From Octopus sinensis (taxonomy: Eukaryota): a stretch of DNA of 64,000 nucleotides. Shown piece after piece: positions 14,263 to 26,539 of the stretch; the stretch's first letter is position 1; every line of letters begins with the position of its first letter. The translations under genes and the position numbers were made by a program. The notes under the pieces are model-generated. The model saw only the letters and a program-made list of their open reading frames with translations. It did not search any database and was not told where the DNA came from. The stretch is taken from contig NC_043003.1 of assembly GCF_006345805.1 (NCBI RefSeq), forward strand, positions 108,624,001 to 108,688,000, given 5' to 3'.

Positions 14263-14980
14263 TTGGCATGGTTGCCTGGGCCTATTCCAACACAGCATCT
14301 CACCTTACAATCCATCATTATCTCCTCTTTCATGAGGTCCAGCACTTTGAGATTGGAATTCATCTTTCTTCCTCTTCTACAGGCTCCTTCATGGATTGTG
14401 TGTCATGCACATTCTCACCTAGTTATCACCCACACAATGCCTTGCATATTTGTACTGGTGCAGGCTTCTTTCCTGAACATTTCAACTGATTCTTCTAATA
14501 TCTATTTTCTCCTTCAGCTCATGTGTGTTTTGTCAATCAAGCGCAGTCATCTTACACATCCAGCAGAGCATGTCCACTTCATTTATTCCTGCCTTCCCAT
14601 ATCCTCTATATTTAAGGCTCATGTTTCACTACAATGCAATATCAGTTTTTGTATGCAAATAGCTTTCATTTAGAAAGAGATACCCTATGTTGTACCGAAC
14701 AGACAAAAGTTTTCTAAGCTTTTCCCACCCAGTCCTTACTTAGGTTACCATGCTCTTGCGACACCCACCCACTTCCTCAACTGATTAAGTCATGTTCTAT
14801 CAAACCTTCTGAGCAGCTGAAAGATTGTATATCATTTTTACGACTAAATATTCCTGTGCACCTGTTGCATGTAAAGTCCTATTGCCAACCTACACATAAT
14901 TACACTGTATCTTTTGTACACCCTCAGTTTACGTAAATAATAATACAAACTTCCTACCATTGACCTCTTTTCCACATTGA
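14263..14980 (-). mobile_element. degraded RTE-type LINE 3' fragment
   Basis: Broken translations such as ELKEKIDIRRIS*NVQERSL and NLKVLDLMKEEIMMD resemble the RTE RT C-terminus. Confidence 0.6.
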
Positions 14981-15362
14981 GTGCAAGCATTCCAAGAAGG
15001 TAGAGATCTAGTTTTTTTTTCTAATTAAAACTTTAAATACATAAATATATATAATAAAATTTTAATCTTTCTTTAACTTTGTCCTAGATTTCCTTTGTTT
15101 TACTTTAATGAGTTAATTTAATTTTGTATACTTGTTATTAGGCATGCTGAGGGCAAGTGCAGAATTCTGTTCATTAAGACACCAAATTTGCCTTGACCCT
15201 CAGTCAATTACAGTGGCCTTGATTGGATCTTGTGTACTACATGTTGTCTATGATTAATTTTCATATTTTTTCTCACTTTACGTGTGTATGTGTGTGTGTA
15301 TATATACATACATACATATATATATACATACATATATATATACATACATACATACATATATA

Positions 15363-15416
<54 letters not shown>

Positions 15417-15506
15417 ATAATAAATATTAGGGAATGAATCCAAAATTACAGGGAAAAATCAGATTTAGGGTTAAATCCAATTTTATAGTAAAATATTATA
15501 TAATAT

Positions 15507-15751
15507 AATTCGAGACAAAACCACTATTTTAAAATCAAACAAGGAAAGACTTAATCAATACATAAAATTTTAATATAAATTAAATAAACCGCAAATTTGA
15601 TACTGATTAGAAGATCGAAAATCCACCTGAAGAATGTCAGTAGCAGACAGGAAACAATTGTAGTGGCGGTTTATTTAATTTATATTAAAATTTTATGTAT
15701 TGATTAAGTCTTTCCTTGTTTGATTTTAAAATAGTGGTTTTGTCTCGAATT
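15507..15751. mobile_element. foldback element, probably Penelope-derived, with perfect 86-bp inverted repeats and a hammerhead in the loop
   Basis: 15507-15592 is the exact reverse complement of 15666-15751; the loop is 73 nt. Confidence 0.75.
15623..15666 (+). ncRNA. minimal type I hammerhead ribozyme fold (Penelope type)
   Basis: Stem I CCAC/GTGG, core CTGAAGA, stem II TGTC/GACA (A.G at the first pair), GAAA, stem III AC-AATT-GT, predicted GUA cleavage after 15662. Confidence 0.65.
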
Positions 15752-15759
15752 TTATTATA

Positions 15760-15959
15760 TATATATACATACATACATACATATACATACATATATATAC
15801 ATACATATACATACATACATATGATTGATTGATTGATTCTAGTTTCAGCTTATGAGTTGTGGCCATGCTGGGGCACCGCCATTTAAATACATATATATAC
15901 ATATATATACATACATATATATACATGCATATATATATATACATATATATACATACATA

Positions 15960-15991
<32 letters not shown>

Positions 15992-16273
15992 CATATATAT
16001 ACATTATATATATACATATACATATATATATACATATATATATATATACATACATATATACATATACATATAATACATATACATATATATACATATACAT
16101 ATATATACATATACATATATATATACATATACATATATATTATATATACATACATATACATATACATATATACATATATATATATACATATACATACATA
16201 TACATATACATACATATACATATACATATACATATATATATACATATACATACATATACATATATATACATAC

Positions 16274-16309
<36 letters not shown>

Positions 16310-16311
16310 CA

Positions 16312-16351
<40 letters not shown>

Positions 16352-16830
16352 CATACATATATATATACATACATATATAATACATACATATATATACATA
16401 TATATATACATATATATATAATATATATATACATATATATATACTATATATATACATATATATATATACATATATATATACATATATATATACATATATA
16501 TATACATATATATATATACATATATATATATAATATACATACATACATATTTATATACATACATATATATATATGTATATATATATATATGTACATAACA
16601 TATATATATATGTACATACATATATATATGTACATACATATATATATATGTACATACATATATATACATGCATACATATATATACATGCATACATATATA
16701 TACATGCATACATATATATACATGCATACATATATATATATACATGCATACATATATATATATACATACATATATATACATGCATACATATATATATATA
16801 CATACATATATATATATATACATATACATA

Positions 16831-16861
<31 letters not shown>

Positions 16862-16922
16862 CATCCATCTGTATATATATATATATTATATATATATATA
16901 TATACATATAATATACATACAT
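15760..16922. repeat. ~1.1-kb compound (TA)n/(TACA)n microsatellite field
   Basis: Low-complexity T/A/C repeats; source of the YIYI/MYVY ORFs. Confidence 0.95.
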
Positions 16923-16924
16923 AT

Positions 16925-17377
16925 ACTTTGATAGGTTTCGGCCATTATAGGCACAGGCCATGTCTAACTTAATAGCACCACCTGGTGAAGTCTTTCAAGT
17001 CAGAATTTGGGCACTATATTCCACTCAAGTAGAGAGTTATTGTTTACAGAGACATATCTGGGTGTAGGGGGTTTATCCGGGATTTCTTGAAGGAATCTGT
17101 CCACAGACTTCTTGAACCCTATAGGGTCTGTTTCTGTTTTAATGTGTTTTGGTGTAATGTTAAAGAGAGCGGGGCCAATTGAGGTAAAATAAGTGTGCTG
17201 TATTGTTGTTATGAGACGAGAGTGCGATTTTTGTTGTGGGCGGATGGCACGGGGTCCAAGCCTTGGATGTACCTTAAAGGTGATGCCAACATCATTTGGG
17301 CAATGCTGATGGAATATTTTCCACATCATGCAGATGATGTAGCGCTCACGGCGACGTTGGAGAGAATAAAGTTTTAG
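16925..17377 (-). mobile_element. CR1/L2-group LINE 3' fragment, still open
   Basis: KLYSLQRRRERYIICMMWKI...GPALFNITP...FKKSVDRFLQEIPDKP...NNSLLEW, followed by a short 3' UTR. Confidence 0.8.
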
Positions 17378-17714
17378 CTTTATACATACATACATATATA
17401 TATATACACATATATATATATACATATATATATATTGTTATATTTCGGAATGGTCATTTTGCCAGTTTAGCCAATAAAATATATAAACGTACATATATAT
17501 ATACATATATATACATACATATATATATAGGTTCACACACACACATATACTTAGAGGAAGACAGTTTGATAAAGAGACAACATTGAAATAGTGCATAAAA
17601 ATGGATAGGACGAGAAGGTATAAAAAAAACAAGAAAAACTTTTAAGATGAACTGATAAACTACAAAGCAAAAACACTACAACAAAAAAAGGGCCAAATTA
17701 ATGCCATGCATTAC

Positions 17715-17962
17715 CTGATCCAGCACTGCCACCACCACCACTGCCATTTTCACAGATACTGCCTTTTGGCAGCCAGCCCATGTTGGCATCTTGGTTATCT
17801 CGGGGAGGGTAAGTGCCAGGAACGCTGTTCTTTGTTAATGGCCGTGTTGGGGACAATGTGCTGTCATCATAACCTTGACCAGAAACTGGACGATTCAGCG
17901 TACTTGTTGGAGTGTTGTTCACAATTTTGTTATTTGAATTGGTTTTCTCCATTTTTCTGGTC
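17715..17962 (-). CDS. CTNND2: delta-catenin-like tail exon: (R)TRKMEKTNSNNKIVNNTPTSTLNRPVSGQGYDDSTLSPTRP...GSGGGGSAGS
   Basis: Acceptor ccattctgtag, donor CAG|GTAATG, 248 nt, open and in phase; STLNRP and YDDSTL resemble invertebrate p120 tails. Confidence 0.85.
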
Positions 17963-18624
17963 CTACAGAATGGATAAATGATATTTGTTAAAATCTCATA
18001 TACACAGCAGTCAGTTATATTGTAGAGAAATTGACCTGGGTTCACTTCTAATATGGACATACACTTGGTCTTCACACAAATGTGAAGAAAACAGTGTAGA
18101 TGTCCTTCAACCAAACCAAAGATTTTGGTCTGCAAGCAATGAATGGATCAAAGATGAATTTACTTGAGCGTTTCAAGTATCTTGGTAGATAGGCAAACAG
18201 TTCCAGTGCTGACATCAAAGTCAGAAAAGCACAAGCTTGGACAATGTGTCAAAAACTCAAGAAAATATGAAAGTCAAGACTACCAAGTGGAACAAAAATC
18301 AGACTGTTCCTTGCAAATGTGGAGTCAGGGATTTAGTTTGGTCATGAAACATGGACACTTACTGAACAAAGGAAAATTTAGATAGCTACTATACACAAGG
18401 ATCTCTACGGAAACTTTTCAAAAGTGACCAATAAGATCAGAGAATGACATCTTTGCATGAGGGACCAGGAAAGCAAAGCATCAAAACTTGTGCTTTAGGA
18501 TCCACAGCATGACACTAACAAGCATGGGAAATGTCATCAGACATTTACCGACAACCTAGTAAGCACATACCTTGCTCATGCCTCAATAATGCACATAGCT
18601 TAATCCATTTCAATAATTAAAAGG

Positions 18625-18890
18625 CCCGCCTTGACTGGCTTCCATGCCGGTGGCACATAAAAAGCACCAATCCGATCGTGGCCGTTCCCAGCCTCGCCTG
18701 GCACCTGTGCCGGTGGCACGTATAAGCACCCACTACACTCTCAGAGTGGTTGGCGTTAGGAAGGGCATCCAGCTGTAGAAACACTGCTAGATCAGACTGG
18801 AGCTTGATGCAGCCTTCTGGCCTCCCAGATCCCTGGTCGAACCGTCCAACCCATGCTAGCATGGAGAATGGATGTTAAACGATGATGATG
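18625..18890 (+). mobile_element. RTE-tail retroposon (short 3' fragment)
   Basis: Shares UTR units and (GAT)n tail with 46571-47319. Plus copies at about 23540, 51530 and 63819; minus copies at about 33091, 34424, 35669, 39748 and 40161. Confidence 0.8.
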
Positions 18891-19274
18891 AAAAATATTT
18901 TTTACTTGATGAAGCAATATTTTCCAATGTTGGTTGGCATTGGAGAGAAAAAAACGTAGATTACACTATCTGTAGTTTAATCTGAAGACCAATGCATTCT
19001 AATCCTCTTATATGTTTTGTCACCCAACTGCTAAACTTATGCTTTCTAATAGAGTTGCTTATGTCTTTTCTGAAACATATTTGCATCAACCATACTTTTA
19101 ATAGGGAAAGAAGAATGAGACTGTGAGATTTGGTATTAGTTCTTTCCTGAATGGCAATAGCAGCATAAAGAGATCCAAATTAGCTTATAGTTGTTATAAC
19201 ATAGAATTTAATCTCAGATCAAATTAACTTATTTTGAAATTAAATCACATACATGCACATTCAACTGTGTATAT

Positions 19275-19313
<39 letters not shown>

Positions 19314-19340
19314 AAATAGCAAAAATTCAAGTGGAGAGAC

Positions 19341-19438
19341 CTGAAAGTCGAAGTTTTTGTATTGAAATCAGTTTCTGTGTAGCCCTGTTTTCTATATTCT
19401 CCGCTAAGCTCTTTAAACTGCCACATAGTGTGAAGCAC
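19341..19438 (-). CDS. CTNND2: delta-catenin-like exon: VLHTMWQFKELSGEYRKQGYTETDFNTKTSTF
   Basis: Acceptor tttttttag; homologous to VLxxxWQxKELxxxxxKxG..xDF at the end of the ARM domain. The donor AG|GTCTCT is inferred from phase and is weak. Confidence 0.85.
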
Positions 19439-19597
19439 CTAAAAAAAAGAATAAAAAAAGAATAAAAAATATAAAGTTAACAACGAAGGAAAACAGTTAA
19501 CAAAAAGTAAAACAAAATTGAAGAACACTGAATGCTTGCTTTCAATCTTCCTTTATATAAGTTAGATCTGTCCATTCATGTTTAAGTTGTTAAGCAT

Positions 19598-19828
19598 TTA
19601 ACCCATTAATTAGCATTTAAACTGGCCATATCCAGCCAAAATATTCTACCTCTTTTAAGTTCAAACTGGCCAGATCCAACATCTCACACCTACTCTACAA
19701 TATAATCGTAAAAATAAACAATCACATCATTGAAATCTTGAAACCACAAGATAACGTATGATTAATTCAAAACTATGTATATCAATAAGCATTACACTTG
19801 ACAAAGTAATCCAATGCTAAAGGGTTAA
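19598..19828. mobile_element. piggyBac-type MITE, family 1
   Basis: TTAA-CCC...AAAGGG-TTAA ends; related copies at about 22905-23334, 38418-38614 and 63690-63788. Confidence 0.75.
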
Positions 19829-20115
19829 AATAGTAGAAATTTGACAACCTTAAACATAGCTATTTGTCTTCCAAAGCAGCTACGCTGGTTTGGACAAATA
19901 ATTAGGATATCTATTGCAATAACATTTCGATTACATGAAAGATAAATATATGTGGGTTTAGTAGATACATTATTGTTTAGATTTCTGTTTTCTGTATGCA
20001 TCCCATGAATTATTATCAGTTTGGTAGACATCAGCAGACATCAACAAATAATTTGTTTGTAGATTCCTATAAAGAGCTCAGGCTGTTGTCAGATTCATTA
20101 GTCTGGGCAGGGAAG

Positions 20116-20164
20116 CTTTCACTGATGAGACATACAGTGAAGTCGAAACATTGATGTTTCAAAG
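20116..20164 (+). ncRNA. type I hammerhead fold
   Basis: Stem I CTTTCA/TCAAAG (1 mismatch), CTGATGA, stem II GAC/GTC, GAAA, stem III ACA-TTGA-TGT, predicted GUU site after 20158. Confidence 0.5.
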
Positions 20165-21086
20165 TCCTTTTACAACAGTAAATTACATTCACAGTCAAAC
20201 TTAACAAAGCATATTAAAGCAGAATAAATTCACTATTATTTTGTCGACAATTTATTCTTATTATAACAATCTTTTTTAAGAACTATACCGAGGATAATAG
20301 GAAGAAAAATAATTAAAAGTATAGTAAATGGTGATAAGAGATGTTCGTATCTTTTGAAGATAATACCAAATTTGGAATAGAAACCAGATTGATTAACTGA
20401 AAGCATACTGATCTTTGGTGCTTATCAGTATAAAACAAGGAATGGTAAAAAGCAGAAAACATAAGCCATGACTAAAACATCAAATTTTCTGGAGGGAGAC
20501 CAGCTGGCAATCATCATCATCATCCTCATCATCATTATTGTTGTTATTGTTATTGTAACACCTCCTTTTCAATGCTTGCCAGTAAGACAGAATTGATTGA
20601 GGCAGATTTTTCTGTAGCTGGATGGCCTTCCTGTTGTCAATCCTCACCAGTTTCCAAGTGAAGTAACATGAACAAACATGTTTTAATGGAAGATTGCAAA
20701 TGAATGATACCACTTGTATGATGGTGACTTATTTACAGCTATTACATGATGTCAAGAAAGCATAAACACACACACACTAGGGCTTCTTTTAGTTTCTGTA
20801 CACCACATCCACTCACTATGGTTTGGCTAGCCCAGAGATACACAAGAAGACACTTGCCCAAGGGGCCAAACAGTGAGAATGAGAGAAAAAAACTCAGCTG
20901 ATTGGGAAGTAAACTTCCTAACAATAGTGGCCAAAGCAATATTAGAGGAACCACAGTTCTCAATATTTAAGGAACTAATTAGAATAACTCTACCTGAAAT
21001 GTAAGCTATTTATTATAACACATTAACATGCTTCATTTGAGTTATTTTATCACATTGACATTTGTTGAATCAAGACACAAACTTAC

Positions 21087-21180
21087 CATGGCTGAATATC
21101 TGACTGTTTTTTCTAGAAAAGCTCCCTCGGATTGGGTTATCGATACTAAACGGCTGACTCCACCTTCTGCTAATAGTGAA
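21087..21180 (-). CDS. CTNND2: delta-catenin-like exon: (H)SLLAEGGVSRLVSITQSEGAFLEKTVRYSAM
   Basis: Acceptor tactttcag, donor ATG|GTAAGT, 94 nt, phase 2 to 0; last ARM repeat (GGVxRLV). Confidence 0.9.
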
Positions 21181-22094
21181 CTGAAAGTAGATTGATTAAA
21201 CAAATTTATATATATATAGATAGATGACAGATAGATAGACAGGCATATACATTAACTATAGATACAAATACAATACTGGATCAATTATCAGGCAAGTATT
21301 TGATAAGAGGTGTCCTGGATTTTAAGATTTTCTGGAGACAATCTAAATATACATTTAAAATATAAGATAAACCATGAAATGTAAAGAGCTATAACAGATT
21401 CAGATTAATATACTTCTAAAGCAAACTATATCATACCATATCATGTATAAAGTATAATGTTAATATGATGAAAATTGAAGAACATGATTTTACTTAACAG
21501 CTCTGTGTACAAATTAATATACTTCTAAAACAGAATATGCTTAGTCTTTATCAATCCAACTAAAGAAGTAAAGAACAAAACTATTTTTAACACACTGTAG
21601 GCAAATTAATGAATTTCAAATAGAGGATCTATTTACTAAATACAAGATACAGCAGACTGCACAATGCTCCTGGATTTCTAGAAGCCAGACGAGAGGTTTA
21701 GTACAGTATATATACATAACATAAAATGCAATCAGCACCACCCAAGACTTTTATTTGGTTTTATAATCACATGAATTTCATATATTTTGAACAAATTGCT
21801 TTAAAATGAGGCTGACAATCCTGTAATTGTTCTGGGAATTTTGATTTAGCCAGAATAATTGCTGCATCAAAGCAATTGAGTTTCACAGAAATGTAGAGAA
21901 AAAAATAAAAATTCAAATTTTGGCACAAAGCCAGCAATTTTGAGGGGAAGTTATTAGTTGATTATGTTCACCTCAGTATTTGACTGGAGGGATGAACTCG
22001 GAACATAAACGACCAGAAGAAATATTACGGAACATTTTGTCTGATGTGCTAATGATTGAGCCAGCTTACGGCCTTAAAAATAATAATAATATTA

Positions 22095-22551
22095 ATAATC
22101 CTTTCTACTATAGGGACAAGGCCTGAAATTTGGGGCGAGGGGGATAGTCGATTACATTGACTCCAGTACTCAACTTATTTTATTGACCCCAAAAAGATGA
22201 AAGGTAAAGTAAACCCTGGTGAAATTTGAACTCAGAACATAAAGATAGACGAAATGCCACTAAGCATTTTGCCCAGTGTACAAGCAATTCTGCCAGCTCT
22301 ATATTACAACTACTACTACTACTACTAATAATAATAATAATTCTCTCTACTATAGGAAAAGGGACTGAAATTTTGCACGGAGAAGGCTAGTTTATTACAT
22401 TGATCAGTGCTCAGCTGGTACTAATTTTATCTTCCTTGAAAGGATGAAAGGCAAATTCGACCTGGGTGGAATTTGATCACAGAACATAAAGACAGGCGAA
22501 ATGTTGCTAAGTATTTCGCCCAGCATCCTAATGGTTCTGCCAGCTTGCTGC
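22095..22551 (-). mobile_element. two tandem family B SINEs with (ATT)n tails
   Basis: Copies at about 22095-22298 and 22340-22551; similar copies at about 345-520, 1090-1298, 3480-3650, 21915-22075 and 30757-30969. Confidence 0.8.
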
Positions 22552-22622
22552 TTTAATAATAATAATGAAAAAAAACAACAAAAAAAAACAAAACAATTGG
22601 TGAAGTAGGTGTGGAAACTAAC

Positions 22623-22758
22623 TGAGCAAAATCTGGGTTTTTCTTTATAATTTCATAAAGTGTTGCAATGACTGCACAAATGGTATCATCTGTGGTTGCT
22701 TCTGATTGCCGATTGTCTGAAGGTAGTTTCAGTACCAATTGCCTCATAGCATATTTGC
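22623..22758 (-). CDS. CTNND2: delta-catenin-like exon: (G)KYAMRQLVLKLPSDNRQSEATTDDTICAVIATLYEIIKKNPDFA
   Basis: Acceptor tttttag, donor CA|GTTAGT, 136 nt, phase 1 to 2; GKYAMRxLV motif. Confidence 0.92.
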
Positions 22759-24165
22759 CTAAAAATACAAAGAGATACAGAGTCATTTTACACCGACTTA
22801 TACGTAAATCAATTAATGTTACACTAACAAAAGATGTCAAGAGAATGATGAAAAAAACCCCCCCAAAAGCAACAAAACAGTTCGTTATAACTTTCTCAGC
22901 CTTTTAGCATTCAGATGACTCTGTTAAATGTAATGTTTCTTTATGCAAATTGCTTTGAATTAATCATGCATCATCTCATAGCTTCAAAATTTTGATGATG
23001 TGATATTTTAATCTTTAGAATAACATTGGAAAAAAGGTGTGAGAGGCCAAATCTAACCAGTTTGAACATAAACCAAGTAGAATATTTTAATGAGATATGG
23101 CTAGTTTAAATGCTTAGTCCTTTAGCATTTAAACCAGTGATAGCCAGCCAAAGCATTCTGGTTGTTTCTTGTTCAAACCAGCCAGATCTGGTTTCTTACA
23201 TCAATTTAACAAGGTCATTCTAAAAATAAAGTCATATCATCAAAATCTCAAAATTACGAGACAATGCATAATTAATTTAAAACAACATGAATAAATGAGC
23301 ATATTTGACAGTAATCTGAATGCTAAAGGGTTAAGGGTCAAGGGTCAAGGGTCAAACATGTATTTACTGTACAGTAGCTTAAGATGTACATCAGGAAGAT
23401 CCAGAGTAAAGTAGAAAAGGAGAGCTTAGGGAGAGGGAAAGAGGAAGAGATGGCAAGTTTTGAAATTACGGAACTAAAAATCAATGAATGGAAAAGAACT
23501 GTTTGTTGGAGACAATTAGCCAACAGTTATTACCATCATCATTGTTTAACATCCACGACCTGCTGTGCTTGAGGAGACCGACTGAGTCAAGTACATCAAC
23601 ATCAAAATATCAAATGGAAATTGTAGTTGTGATACCTGTACCGGTGGCACGTAAGAAGCACCATCCGAACGTGGCCGATGCCAGCACTGCCTTAACTGGC
23701 TTCCATGCTGGTGGCATGTAAAAAGCACCAACCGATCGTGGCCCCTATATTTCCCCATAGCTGGACAATGCCTTTACAGAATATCTGGAAATGAATGACA
23801 CTGCTTATATGACAGTGACACTCATTTACTACAACCTTGCAATGTAAAGACAAGCAGACATAAACACACACACCTACATGACAGGTTCCTTTTAGTTTGT
23901 CTACTAAATCCACTCACTAAATTTTGGTTGGCCTGGGGTTATAATAAAAGACACCCAAGGGGTCACACAGTGGGACGGAACCTGAAACAACACGGTTTGG
24001 AAGCAAACTTCCTAACCACATAGTCACACTCTCAGAAAATAAATACTTAAGAAAACAAAAAAAAAAACTTTTGAAACCTATTTCTACCCAGGCTAAAAAA
24101 AAAAACCGATGTACTTTTATGCTTTGTGCACATCCTGCATATTAAAACAAAAAGCTTTGACTTAC

Positions 24166-24316
24166 CAACTAGTTCTTTATTTCTTTGATCCAAGGCAAGA
24201 TTTCTCAAGGCAGTAGCAGCAGCACACACCACTTTGTCAGATTCTACACCCAGCAGTTCAACTATGATAGCCAATCCTTTTTCTTTTCGAACAGCAGCAC
24301 GGATATCTATACCAGG
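24166..24316 (-). CDS. CTNND2: delta-catenin-like exon: [50 protein letters not shown]
   Basis: Acceptor ctttccag, donor G|GTAAGT, 151 nt; [11 protein letters not shown] and [14 protein letters not shown] motifs. Confidence 0.97.
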
Positions 24317-25360
24317 CTGGAAAGAGGAATATAAAACAAAGAAATGCAGCCACACCATTGATGTTTATAACAGACCTCAATGGCTGGTTCGACCATCACC
24401 ATATGGTAGATGCCATGAGGAAGTAAAGAGAAATGGCTCAGCTTGGAATCAAGCTTGGCTTGCTGGGAATTTGCCATAATTCTACAGTGTTAGTCTATTC
24501 ACTGATGAATAATACAAGCCAAAATTCTTCATTAGAAATATAACCATTTCCTTATTTGTCACAAGGGAATAAATAACAAATAAAAAAAAATGAACAGGAG
24601 AATAAAGAAACAGATGAAGTACAATCTGCAATTATGTGACACACACACACACACACATCTATCTATCCATACACACACAAACATATGTATTGGTGTGTGT
24701 GTGTGCATGTGTATGAAGCGGTGTGGCCAAGCACTATCACCAAATTGTGGTTTTGATTTCCAGACTGGCAGTGTATTGTGTTCTTGAGCAAAGCAAGTTG
24801 CTTCAGTCCATTCAAATAGAAATGGGTAATTCTGCGATGGACTGGTGCTCCATTCATAGGCAATGTGGGCCTGCCTGCCTGCTTACAAAGCCAGCAGGGA
24901 GGCATCATTCGAAAGCTATAACAATGTGAGGAGCACATTGTGACCGGCAGTGTTTAACAACATCCAAGAGTCTGGTTGGTTCCTCAGTGATGGTATCTAA
25001 TATCCATTTCTGTTGTTAAGTAGAGAAGAGGTAAAATCCTCTCTTTCATAAATCACTCACTTGTTGCAGTTTACATTCCCACAGGAGTTACTCGCTCAAA
25101 TTCTCCTGTAGTTAGATGAAGTGTGGAAATGTAAAATTAAATGTCTTCTTTGTATCACCACAAATTACATGACAGATTTGAACTTTTACCATTTCAAGTT
25201 TCTAAATGGGAATGTTCTTCATATATATATACATACATACAATTGAAAAATAGGATAAATTCTTTATAAGAATTTATCAAGTAGTTAGCGTGAAAAACCT
25301 CTTTCCCTTATGAAAAACCACGACAGAAAAATCCATCAATTATTCCTCTTAAATATATAT

Positions 25361-25536
25361 ACTTATATTAAGGGCATTACTATACATAAATGCCTCACAC
25401 TAGGAGGGACTCAAAGTCAAAACTACCACAATAAACACACTGTACTGGTACAATGTGTTTATTTATTATGGTGGTTTTGACTTTAAGAGTCCCTCCTAGC
25501 GTGAGGCATTTATGTATAGTAATGCCCTTAATATAA

Positions 25537-25538
<2 letters not shown>
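25361..25538. repeat. near-perfect ~85-bp-arm hairpin (foldback element)
   Basis: acttatattaagggcattac...tgtac / gtaca...gtaatgcccttaatataagt, with few mismatches and two small indels. Confidence 0.85.
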
Positions 25539-25594
<56 letters not shown>

Positions 25595-26127
25595 ATTAAT
25601 AATAGAAGGGTTAAATTCATTAATCAAATTAATTAATTAATTAACAATTTTACCAAGTAGATCGGTACGTTAAAATAACCTTTATAGGTAAAATTATCCA
25701 CATAATTATAATTAGGGTCCAGCTAACTGCTTCACCACACACCGAAATTATAAAGAGGAGTTAAAAAATTCCTTTTCTACTACTATAAGAATTACCATGC
25801 AGTATTGCTCGTAGAATACACGTGGGTATAGAGTTTGAATGGCGTATTCACATTCGGCTCTGTAAATTTTGGAAGTGTTGGTTGGATATCTGTTACTTGA
25901 TGATGCTCGATTGTGTGCATATTCGGTCATAGCACTTTCAAATTTTATAAAAATTGGAAATATTACACTGAAGAGAGAAGTAAGTAAATCTTCAATTACT
26001 TTAATCTCGAAACGCGTTTATAATTAATCCTGGTCGTGTTCATTCATTGTTTTTCTCTTTGCTTTCGTAAAAAAGTATGTTTACCGTCATGGAGATTCTT
26101 ATAGTAGTAGAAAAGGAATTTTTTAAC
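25595..26127. mobile_element. Penelope-like foldback element with 40-bp inverted repeats enclosing a hammerhead
   Basis: IRs 25760-25799 and 26088-26127 match at 38/40; the left ~200 bp is shared with 43660-43873. Confidence 0.65.
25962..26024 (+). ncRNA. minimal type I hammerhead fold with palindromic stem III, slightly decayed
   Basis: Stem I ATTACA/TATAAT (1 mismatch), CTGAAGA, stem II GAGA/TCTC extended by AGTAA/TTACT, GAAA, ACGCGT palindrome, predicted GUU site after 26018. Confidence 0.6.
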
Positions 26128-26385
26128 AGCCAGGTACACTTCCTGATATCAATCCTCACCTGTTTCCAATCAAGCTAACATTTTTCCATAGCCCAACATA
26201 CTTTGCATGAAAGATTTTTTTCTATTAGTCTGAAATTCTGGTGGAGGGCGCTAGTTGATGACGTCAACCCCAGTACATGGCTGATACTTTAAGAGCTTCC
26301 CTAAATGGGTATATATCCCCACTCCCTTAATCCTTTCTGATTTGTGTGAAGAAATAAAATTAAAAAAAGAAATATCATTTCTTAC

Positions 26386-26539
26386 CTGCCAATCACAAGC
26401 AGCTAAGTTTTGAATTGCACCAACAGCAGCCTCTAAAGTTACTGGGTTAGAGCAATCAGCCAACAAGGGAAGATATATATGAACGATATCTGGATGCCAA
26501 AGTATTTCTTGGCCTTTTGGAGGTGTTAATTTATGAGAG
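26386..26539 (-). CDS. CTNND2: delta-catenin-like exon: (S)[51 protein letters not shown]
   Basis: Acceptor ttgctacag, donor CAG|GTAAGA, 154 nt; [20 protein letters not shown] motif. Confidence 0.95.

Noticed and set aside
15208-16961. Many long ORFs (up to 286 aa) rich in Y, I, M, H, V and C
   Set aside because: Translations of (TA)n/(TACA)n microsatellite, which lacks stop codons in several frames.
17698-18135. 145-aa ORF as a single coding unit
   Set aside because: Only 17715-17962 is bounded by splice sites; the rest is intronic read-through, although retention to the stop at 17698 cannot be excluded.
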